Assembly (NCBI GenBank): GCA_037441765.1
Contig: JBBIRM010000006.1
Location: 1 to 51,824 of the forward strand
Source of the DNA: Deltaproteobacteria bacterium
GTDB taxonomy: Bacteria > Desulfobacterota > BSN033 > UBA1163
Reading direction: 5' to 3'
DNA length: 51,824 nucleotides
Shown here in pieces: positions 44,817 through 51,824 of this stretch. The notes below the pieces were generated by a model. It had not been told where the DNA came from, searched no databases, and worked only from the letters and a program-made list of their open reading frames with translations. The position numbers were made by a program, and so were the translations under genes. The first letter of the stretch is position 1; every line of letters starts with the position of its first letter.

Positions 44817-47585
44817 TCATTTTGACTTCTTTTCCTCGAGCATTCTTAACACCACTTCTGGTGTTACGGGTAGTTCTTTTGGCATAAGGCCAATGGCATT
44901 TCGCACTGCATTGGCCATTGCCCCGACCATAGCAACCGATATGGATAGACCTCCCTCCTTAGCACCAAATGGTCCAAAGGGATCGTTTGAGGTTACGATG
45001 ATGGGATCGATATTGGGGACATCTGTGGAAAGAGGGAACCAGTAGTCAACGAAGTTGGCATTAAGGTTCTGCCCTTTTTTTGTCCACAAGTGCTTCTCCA
45101 TTAGAACTCCTTGTGGGCCTCCTTCCATGGCGGAACGTTGGATCTGTTGCTCCACGGCCATGGGGTTAATTGGATAGCCACAGTCATGGGCTGCCACCAT
45201 GTTCAATACCTTCACCCTTCCTGTCTCGGGATCTACTTCGACCTCAGCAACAGCGGTTCCGAAGGAGAAAGCAGAGGCGATCTGGCCGCGAGGGTTTTTA
45301 ATCCATTCACGCTTGGGATCAGCATCAGGCCAGCGGTCGCCACGGCCCAAGATGGCCCGATTCTGAGCAAGTGCCGTTCGAGCCACCTTGGCTATATCTA
45401 TTGACCTCTCTGGTTCTCCCTTAACAAAGATTCGGCCATCACGAGCAACCAGTTCCTCTTTTTTAGCCTCTAACATTTGGGCTGCAACCTCTAAAAGTTG
45501 GTCTTTTGCATCGGCGGCTGCAGCCTTGACAGCCCCTCCAGAGATTAGCGTAGAGGCTTGAGAATAAGCCCCTTGGTCAGATGGGGTCACACTGGTATCG
45601 CCCGTAATGACCTTAATCCTCTCCAGTGGTATCCCTAACTCCTCTGCTGCAATCTGGGCAATCATACTATCATTGCCTTGTCCATTATCCATAACTCCAG
45701 AGATCACAGTGACATCTCCATCTTCATTAAAACGCACAAAGGCAGCAGATCCTCCCCGAATGCCCATTGGAAATCCACTGATCATCGAACTACACCCCAT
45801 TCCTATACCCCGATAGGGTGGGAGATGGCCCCGTTTCTCTTTCCAGCCAGCCCTTTCCGCAGCCAGACGCATGGTTTCAACTTCAGCGCAAGAGGTAATC
45901 ACTGTCCTTGTCGGAGTGATATAACCTTCTTGAACTGCATTCTTAATTCTAAACTCGAGAGGATCCATCCCGATCTTCTCTGCAAGGGAATCCAGCAGTA
46001 ATTCCAATCCCGCATATGTGGTTCGAGGGTGATGGGGATACATTCCACGAGGGGGCTTGTTGGTATAGGCTCGGATAGCCTCATAGCGGAGATTTGGAAA
46101 TTTGTAAGCCTCTTCAATCATTATGTAGGCGACAGAGGAAGCAATGGGTCCAGTGCTGGCATAGGCGCCCCCATCCATAATCACTTTCATATCCACAGCA
46201 GTAATCCTTCCCTCAGAGTCGACACCCACTCTGCAGTTTGTAATACTGCTGTGAACTTGTCGCACACAATTGAAATTCTCCTCTCGTGTATAGACCAATT
46301 TAACAGGCCGACGGGCTTTTTTCGAAAGGAGGGCAGCCATAAAATCTGCAGGAGAGATTTCAGATCTACCTCCGAAATGTCCACCCACCGCAACCTTACG
46401 AACGCGAACGTCTGAAGTAGGAATTCCCAGCGCGTTGCTAAGAGGCCTTGCCTTCATATGAGGCCCTGCATTTGGGCACCAGATATCCAGACCGGTGCTG
46501 TCAAAGTTTGCCAACACTGCATAATTTTCCAATTGGCAATAACTCTCTTCTGGGGAAGAGAATCGGCCTTCCTCAACGAGGGAAGACTCTGAAAGGGCCT
46601 TTTCCACATTGCCTTCGTTCACAAAGATTCGGACGCTGACATTTCCTGGTTTGTCATCATGAAGCTGGGGAGCACCTTCAAGCAGAGCCTCTTCAGGATC
46701 GAGAACATAGGGTAGTGGTTCCCACTCCACTTTAATAAGGTCTACCGCTTCTTGAGCAATCTCTTCGTCAATGGCAGCCACTGCAGCCACTTCTTGACCA
46801 AAGAAACGGGCCTTGTCCGCTGGAAGAAGTTGCATGTCCCTTGTGTAAGCAAAAACACCCCATTTGTAGGGTAAGGCATCTTTGCCTGTGATAATGGCCC
46901 TTACTCCAGGAAGCCTTTCCGCTCGACTCGTATCGATGTTCAGGATTCGAGCGTGGGCATAGGGGCTACGAAGGACCTTAGCGTAAAGCATCCCTGGTAA
47001 ATAGAGATCCGCAGAATATTTCATATCCCCTTTAACCTTGGGAACAGAATCAATTCGAGGAACTCTCTTTCCAACAACAGAATAGTCTGAAATGGGGAGG
47101 TCCTTTTCCGGGGATGGGGTATGCTGGCTGGCAACCATCTTCACCGATTCAACAATCTTCGTATATCCCGTGCATCGGCAGAGATTACCAGAAATCGCCT
47201 GACGAATCTCTTGCTCGGTTGGTGAGGGATTTTTATCCAATAGGGCCTTGGCTGTGAGGATCATCCCAGGGGTACAGAACCCACATTGGGTACCTCCAAA
47301 TTTGACAAACGCTTCTTGTACAGGGTGTAGTTTCTCTCCCTCAGCGAGTCCTTCGATTGTGACAATCTCTTGTCCCTGGACTTCTCCTGCAAGAAGGAGA
47401 CAGGAGCGGACAGGTACCCCATTTAGTAAAACCGTGCATGCTCCGCAGGTCCCATCCTCACATCCTGACTTCGTTCCGGTAAGTTTTAAATCTTCCCTGA
47501 TGACTTCTAAGAGGGTTCTGTTAGGAGAAATTTCAAGGGCCTCTATTCGGCCATTTATATTTAGTGAAACATGGATCTTTCTCAT
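44817..47585 (-). CDS. Xanthine dehydrogenase-family molybdopterin subunit fused to its 2x[2Fe-2S] subunit (HcrC-HcrA-like)
   Basis: GC..G.CGACTV, QCGFCTPG, NLCRCTGY; RSPYAHA, GGHFGGR, NGQG, AEVEVDPETG, PFGAK. Confidence 0.9.
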   Translation of the reverse strand: MRKIHVSLNINGRIEALEISPNRTLLEVIREDLKLTGTKSGCEDGTCGACTVLLNGVPVRSCLLLAGEVQGQEIVTIEGLAEGEKLHPVQEAFVKFGGTQCGFCTPGMILTAKALLDKNPSPTEQEIRQAISGNLCRCTGYTKIVESVKMVASQHTPSPEKDLPISDYSVVGKRVPRIDSVPKVKGDMKYSADLYLPGMLYAKVLRSPYAHARILNIDTSRAERLPGVRAIITGKDALPYKWGVFAYTRDMQLLPADKARFFGQEVAAVAAIDEEIAQEAVDLIKVEWEPLPYVLDPEEALLEGAPQLHDDKPGNVSVRIFVNEGNVEKALSESSLVEEGRFSSPEESYCQLENYAVLANFDSTGLDIWCPNAGPHMKARPLSNALGIPTSDVRVRKVAVGGHFGGRSEISPADFMAALLSKKARRPVKLVYTREENFNCVRQVHSSITNCRVGVDSEGRITAVDMKVIMDGGAYASTGPIASSVAYIMIEEAYKFPNLRYEAIRAYTNKPPRGMYPHHPRTTYAGLELLLDSLAEKIGMDPLEFRIKNAVQEGYITPTRTVITSCAEVETMRLAAERAGWKEKRGHLPPYRGIGMGCSSMISGFPMGIRGGSAAFVRFNEDGDVTVISGVMDNGQGNDSMIAQIAAEELGIPLERIKVITGDTSVTPSDQGAYSQASTLISGGAVKAAAADAKDQLLEVAAQMLEAKKEELVARDGRIFVKGEPERSIDIAKVARTALAQNRAILGRGDRWPDADPKREWIKNPRGQIASAFSFGTAVAEVEVDPETGRVKVLNMVAAHDCGYPINPMAVEQQIQRSAMEGGPQGVLMEKHLWTKKGQNLNANFVDYWFPLSTDVPNIDPIIVTSNDPFGPFGAKEGGLSISVAMVGAMANAVRNAIGLMPKELPVTPEVVLRMLEEKKSK

Positions 47586-47640
47586 AAGTCTCCCTTATCT
47601 GTTTCGTTTAAAAGAGAATCTCCTTTCACAGGGATGAGGA

Positions 47641-48627
47641 TTAAGTTGCCAGTGCCTTTCTCAATGCCCGCCTTACAAGCACTCCAACCATTTTCCTCCG
47701 ATAAACCGCATTCATAATGAGGTTGGGTACTGGTCGGGCTTCATTCATGGCCTCTTCGGATACACGTTGAAGGAGCTCCTCTGAAGGTTTTTGTCCATCG
47801 AGGATGTCAAAAGCCTTAGGCACCTCTATGGGAGAAGACCCTACTGCTCCGAGCACCATTTTTAACTGTTCGATGGTTCCATTATGGCCTTTCTTCACCA
47901 TCAAGGCTACTCCTGCTACTGGAAAATCCATACCTTCGCGAATGCGAAGTTTTTCGTAGGTTGAAACCACTCCATCCCCAGGAGGTGGGATTCTCACTTC
48001 CACAAGGATTTCTTCAGGCCCAAGGCAGTTTGGTTTCTCTCCCCTTCCCGTGAAGAACTCACTTAAGGGAATGGTCTTTTCTTCCTTTGAGGAGACGATT
48101 TTCACTTCTGCTCCCAAAGCGATCAAGAGCGGACTGAGATCACCTTGATAAACCGCCTGACAATGCTTTCCCTTCTCAACCGCATGACAGATGCCTCCTC
48201 CTAATTTGAAGCAGGCCTTTTGGCTGCTTCTCCAGAATTCAGACTGATTGTAATAGATACAGCGGGTATCGAGGCAGAGATTCCCCCCAATAGTGGCTTT
48301 ATTTCGAATGGGAGGGATGGCGACCATTCGAATGGCCTGAACCAGTGAAGGATATTTGTTCATGATAAAAAGGGATTTCTCTAAATTCTCCAAGGTGGTC
48401 ATGGAGCCAATTGCAAGCCCACCGCTTTCGGTTTGGGATAGATAATTTAGGGCGCTCAGTTCTTTAAGGCCAATCACAACGGCTGGTTTGATAAGCCTGT
48501 AACGAAGGCCAACGATAAGTGCAGTGCCTCCTGCTAAGAGGGCGGCCTTCCCCAGATGCTCTTGAAGGAGGGAGCAGGCCTCTTTAATAGAGTTAGGTTG
48601 AATCAATTCAAATTTAGGAAGGTTCAT
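47641..48627 (-). CDS. FAD-binding subunit with [4Fe-4S] insertion (4-hydroxybenzoyl-CoA reductase beta-like)
   Basis: LAGGTAL, IRNKATIGGNLCLDTRC.YYNQS.FWR....C.K..G..CH......C. Confidence 0.9.
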   Translation of the reverse strand: MNLPKFELIQPNSIKEACSLLQEHLGKAALLAGGTALIVGLRYRLIKPAVVIGLKELSALNYLSQTESGGLAIGSMTTLENLEKSLFIMNKYPSLVQAIRMVAIPPIRNKATIGGNLCLDTRCIYYNQSEFWRSSQKACFKLGGGICHAVEKGKHCQAVYQGDLSPLLIALGAEVKIVSSKEEKTIPLSEFFTGRGEKPNCLGPEEILVEVRIPPPGDGVVSTYEKLRIREGMDFPVAGVALMVKKGHNGTIEQLKMVLGAVGSSPIEVPKAFDILDGQKPSEELLQRVSEEAMNEARPVPNLIMNAVYRRKMVGVLVRRALRKALAT

Positions 48628-48698
48628 CTAATAATCTTACTCCAATTTTAATAAGAGATTCGTTGATTTTAAGTATTATAAAATGAAAAGAATTTTAA

Positions 48699-48731
48699 TG
48701 TATACTGTATACAAAAAAATTTTTTTGTCAA
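48699..48731 (-). promoter_or_regulatory. Sigma70-like promoter of the Mo-enzyme operon overlapped by a GntR-type palindrome
   Basis: Minus strand TTGACA (48731-48726), 16 bp, TACAGT; palindrome TGTATAC-T-GTATACA at 48699-48713. Confidence 0.6.
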
Positions 48732-48742
48732 GTAGAAAATTG

Positions 48743-48900
48743 GAGATCTCTGAAAAAGTATTTAAAACGAGTTTTATAGACTGGGGAGGTGGGGTGGAAA
48801 AGCCTGTGTCGTAATTTGAAATAAGAAATGAAAACAATGCGGCAAGGGACAGGCCCTTGCCCTACGATTCATAACGGTAAGGGATGAACCCTTACCCTAC
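48743..48900. repeat. Composite MITE-end plus REP repeat cluster
   Basis: 48743-48805 matches the reverse complement of 51375-51436; 48804-48865 matches the reverse complement of 70-132; second REP at 48876-48900. Confidence 0.8.
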
Positions 48901-48968
48901 AATTTATAACTCATTTATTTTTCTTGACAAATGGGGAGGCTTTGTTTAATTCATAAAAAGGGTGGAAT

Positions 48969-49415
48969 ATGCGTCTTTTAGAGAATTTATTAATCCGTCC
49001 TTTGAAGAGAGAGGATCTGGATGCCATTGTAGAAATAGACGAGAAGGTACTTGGGGAGCGTCGAAGGGACTATTGGGAAAGAAAGTTGGAGAAGATGAAG
49101 CATCAACCCACACCCACATCCTTGGTAGTTGAGGTCGAAGGGAAGGTAGTAGGGTTTATTCTCGGGGATGTCAGCGGTTGGGAGTTTGGGGTACCTGAAA
49201 CCATCGCCTGGATAGATACGATTGGTATTGATCCAGATTTTCAGAAAAAGGGATTGGCAAGGGCCCTAACTTTCGAAATGATAAAAAATTTAAAGGCAAT
49301 CGGAGTCAAAACCATTTACACCTTGGTCAATTGGAACGATTGGGATCTACTTCAATTCTTCCACGCCATGGGGTTTACAAGAGGGGATATGATCAATTTG
49401 GAGTTGAAGATTTAG
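48969..49415 (+). CDS. GNAT N-acetyltransferase (BadL-like)
   Basis: IRPL...DLDAIVEID, VVGFILG, IDTIGIDPDFQKKGLA, FF..MGF. Confidence 0.88.
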   Translation: MRLLENLLIRPLKREDLDAIVEIDEKVLGERRRDYWERKLEKMKHQPTPTSLVVEVEGKVVGFILGDVSGWEFGVPETIAWIDTIGIDPDFQKKGLARALTFEMIKNLKAIGVKTIYTLVNWNDWDLLQFFHAMGFTRGDMINLELKI

Positions 49416-51120
49416 TCTCTTTCACCCTAATTTTTAACTTTTCTTCGGGATAGATCACGTCTGACCCCTCAAGATGATTCCAGGTTTTAATTTCTGAAAC
49501 CGTCACATTATATCGTTGAGCAATGCTCCACAGGGTATCTCCCTTTTTTACGATGTAAATGACTTCTTTTTCTCCTTTCGCTCTGGAGGCATTTTCTGCT
49601 GAAGAGTCCATTCTGATTTTGAGTTTATCCCCAGGGACAAGCTTTTTTTCAGGATGGAGGTTATTCCATCTGCTAAGGGCACCTATGTTTACCCCCATTT
49701 CGTTTGCGATGCTCCACAGGGTATCTCCTTTTTTAATAGTGTAGATGATCTCTTCAGGAGTTCGATAAGGGCTGTTTCCATTTTTCTTTTTTTGAGCAAC
49801 CGCCATGGGTTTGACCTTCTCATCCATCGAAAGGGGAATCAGGAGGGTCATCCCTCTATGGATTCGACCTGTCCCATCAAGCCGATTCATCTCGACAATG
49901 GGTTCTACCTCCACTCGATATAATCTTGCAATTTTAGGAAGGGTTTCTCCCCTCTTTACAAGATGGGTTTTAAACTGAAACTTCCTTAGAGGTTGGAGCA
50001 TCTCAAAGTTCCTGAGGAATCGTTCTTTTTTCCCATAAGGAATTTTAATTTCATACCCTGACTCATCAGGAGGAGTCACCCCTCTGCGGAGTTCCGGGTT
50101 TAAGTCTTTAATCTCTTCGAGAGAGACTTCACAGGCTTCAGAGATGAGCGAAAGTGGGGTTAGACCTGGGACCTTCACTTTTTCGTAACGGAGTGGTTCC
50201 TCATATTCAATGTTTGTAAACCCATATTTTTCTGGGTCCTTTGCAATGAGGGCCGCGGCGATCATCTGAGGGACATAATCTTTGGTCTCCTTTTTCAAAT
50301 ATCGATATTTCGTAAGTTCCCAGAAGTCTTCTGTTCGGTAGCGTTTCATTGCACTGGCGATTTTATTCTCCCCTGCATTATAGCCGGCTGCGGCGAGGTA
50401 CCAACATTCAAACATATCATAAAGGTCTTTCAGATATTTTGCTGCAGCAATGGTTGACTTCTCTGGATCTCTCCTCTCATCTACCCACCAATTGACCTTC
50501 AACCCATACTTTTTTCCGGTGAGATAGATAAATTGCCATGGCCCGGAGGCCTTGCTCCTGGAGTAGGCATATGGGTTAAACCCACTTTCAATAAGAGACA
50601 TATAGACGAGATCTTCTGGAAGACCATTCTCTTTTAATAAATTCTTCATAAATGGGATATACTTTTCAGAACGGGCAAGCCAATTGGAGAATTTATTTCG
50701 GGCAGTGGTTTGAAAATATTGGATAAAGTGTTCCACCTTCTCATTGATCACTATAGGGATATCAAACTCAAGGCCTTCCCTCGTTTTATCTCTTGGAAGC
50801 ACCTCTAAATAGAAATCATCACTCGATTCATCGCTGATGGGAGGCTCAAACCTAAGGGTAGAAGGGAGGTCTGCAGGAGGTTTAGGAGGAAGGCTTGAGA
50901 TTGTTAAGGTTGATGGAGGTGGTTGAGCGGGTTGCTTTTCATCCAATTCAATTGGGGGAGATGATGGAGGAGAAGATTCTGCAGAAGGAGGTTCTACAAT
51001 AGTAGATTCCATGACGGTAAGAGGGATCGCATCCTTTTTCTCTTGAGATTTTGCACGGAGAGAAATACAACCCGAAGCCAAAAGTAAAAGCATCATACCT
51101 ATTAGAATCTTACTGATCAT
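49393..51120 (-). CDS. mltD: Membrane-bound lytic murein transglycosylase D-like lipoprotein (SLT domain + 3 LysM)
   Basis: Lipobox LASGC; IESGF, A.GPWQF, DERRDP, AAGYNAG, ETKDYV; three LysM repeats. Confidence 0.88.
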   Translation of the reverse strand: MISKILIGMMLLLLASGCISLRAKSQEKKDAIPLTVMESTIVEPPSAESSPPSSPPIELDEKQPAQPPPSTLTISSLPPKPPADLPSTLRFEPPISDESSDDFYLEVLPRDKTREGLEFDIPIVINEKVEHFIQYFQTTARNKFSNWLARSEKYIPFMKNLLKENGLPEDLVYMSLIESGFNPYAYSRSKASGPWQFIYLTGKKYGLKVNWWVDERRDPEKSTIAAAKYLKDLYDMFECWYLAAAGYNAGENKIASAMKRYRTEDFWELTKYRYLKKETKDYVPQMIAAALIAKDPEKYGFTNIEYEEPLRYEKVKVPGLTPLSLISEACEVSLEEIKDLNPELRRGVTPPDESGYEIKIPYGKKERFLRNFEMLQPLRKFQFKTHLVKRGETLPKIARLYRVEVEPIVEMNRLDGTGRIHRGMTLLIPLSMDEKVKPMAVAQKKKNGNSPYRTPEEIIYTIKKGDTLWSIANEMGVNIGALSRWNNLHPEKKLVPGDKLKIRMDSSAENASRAKGEKEVIYIVKKGDTLWSIAQRYNVTVSEIKTWNHLEGSDVIYPEEKLKIRVKETKSSTPN

Positions 51121-51214
51121 TTGGCTTCCCTCCCAATGTCCAGAAGTATTCCACATGATTAAAAATTGTTAAAAAAATGACATAGATGATACAATCTTGT
51201 CAAGAAAATTTGTT

Positions 51215-51436
51215 GAGCCCTCTGAAAAAGTCCCTCAAAGACTGGGGAGGTAGAGTTCCAAACTCTTCGAATGCGGGCACCAAGAAGTTAATTTGCTAAC
51301 AATCGTTTAAGAGAAAAAGAAACATTTTCAGGGAATTAATTAGTAGTGCCAAACTATTAAATGTATCCGCTCGAAGGCTTTTCCACCCCACCTCCCAAGT
51401 CTAAAAATCTTTTTAAAATCCTTTTTCAGAAATCTC
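51215..51436. mobile_element. Putative 222-bp non-autonomous MITE
   Basis: Ends GAGCCCTCTGAAAAAG and CTTTTTCAGAAATCTC (imperfect inverted repeats), flanked by TTGTT on both sides; a further end GAGGCCTCTGAAAAA starts at 51442. Confidence 0.6.
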
Positions 51437-51475
51437 TTGTTGAGGCCTCTGAAAAATTCTTTAAAGATTGGGGAG

Positions 51476-51531
51476 GTAGGGTAAGCCCTTGTGGCTTTCC
51501 GTCTTCGGTAAGGGACAAGCCCTTACCCTAC
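51476..51531. repeat. Inverted GTAG REP doublet (REPIN-like)
   Basis: GTAGGGTAAGCCCTTGTGGCTTTCC-gtcttc-GGTAAGGGACAAGCCCTTACCCTAC. Confidence 0.85.
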
Positions 51532-51555
51532 GGATTAAATTATTAATATTTTAAA

Positions 51556-51571
51556 AGCAATATTTATGCCA
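51556..51571 (-). promoter_or_regulatory. Sigma54 (-24/-12) promoter motif
   Basis: Minus strand TGGCATAAATATTGCT, with exact GG-N10-GC spacing. Confidence 0.55.
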
Positions 51572-51613
51572 AATTTTAGAGGATATTGATATCTGAAATT
51601 AAATAAAATTGGT

Positions 51614-51824
51614 TTAGGGATCAAATCCTATTTTGACAGGGAGGGTTTTGTCGGCAGACCATTCTACCCATGATCCCCGATAGAGACGGACGTGGGGGAA
51701 TCCGATAATATGCTTCAGGGTAAAATAGAGATGGCTCGCTTCTCTTCCAGTTCGGCAATGGACGATGATTTCTTTATCCTTCGATAATCCTAATTCTGCA
51801 AAAAGTCTTTCCAGGATTTCTTTC
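51614..51824 (-). CDS. 3' end of a rhodanese/SseA-type sulfurtransferase (runs off the window)
   Basis: Manual translation KEIIVHCRTGREAS..VRLYRGSWVEWSAD..IGFDP*; stop at 51614-51616; not in the ORF track. Confidence 0.85.
   Translation of the reverse strand, partial: KEILERLFAELGLSKDKEIIVHCRTGREASHLYFTLKHIIGFPHVRLYRGSWVEWSADKTLPVKIGFDP

Noticed and set aside
6162-47637. Numerous 60-180 aa ORFs antisense to or nested in the long genes
   Set aside because: Shadow ORFs with no motifs, overlapping well-supported CDSs.
49393-49415. 23-bp convergent overlap of GNAT and mltD as an antisense system
   Set aside because: Short tail-to-tail overlaps are common and nothing else supports a regulatory role.
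51361-51546. 61-aa ORF
   Set aside because: Lies within MITE/REP repeats; no recognisable protein features.

Overview
Bacterial chromosomal window, most consistent with an anaerobic Desulfobacterota/deltaproteobacterium (inferred from gene content). Left end: GTAG-type REP repeats, an MBL hydrolase, a decayed type ISP-like restriction-modification gene interrupted by a REP-associated tyrosine transposase (RAYT) pseudogene, and a membrane class III adenylate cyclase. The most striking feature is an 11-gene, translationally coupled minus-strand operon (20819-7623), followed by a second B12-radical SAM gene. It encodes a SPASM radical SAM enzyme, a split and duplicated plasmalogen-synthase/ester-reductase-like module (one ATP-dependent activase plus two different pairs of HgdAB-like Fe-S subunits), an LpxL-type acyltransferase, an SRPBCC protein, a B12-radical SAM enzyme, an MMPL exporter and a CrtI/retinol-saturase-like flavoprotein. 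This reads as a candidate pathway for an unusual ether or membrane-spanning lipid. The middle holds HEAT, DUF2207, lemA, pepA and hemE-hemH-hemY. Next is a redox operon: aminotransferase, NuoE/NuoF (HydC/HydB-type), a NuoG-N/GcvH-like fusion, IorA with an inserted GltD/NfnB-like flavin module, IorB and an acyl-CoA dehydrogenase. Then come trpB2 and an operon with an HcrB-like FAD subunit, a fused 2Fe-2S/molybdopterin subunit with altered active-site motifs, a saccharopine-dehydrogenase-family protein, a Kat-like 3-aminobutyryl-CoA aminotransferase and a VOC protein. Right end: GNAT, mltD, MITE/REP repeats, a sigma54-type motif and the 3' end of a sulfurtransferase. No rRNA, tRNA or CRISPR array was seen. 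All family calls come from motifs recognised by eye, not from database searches.
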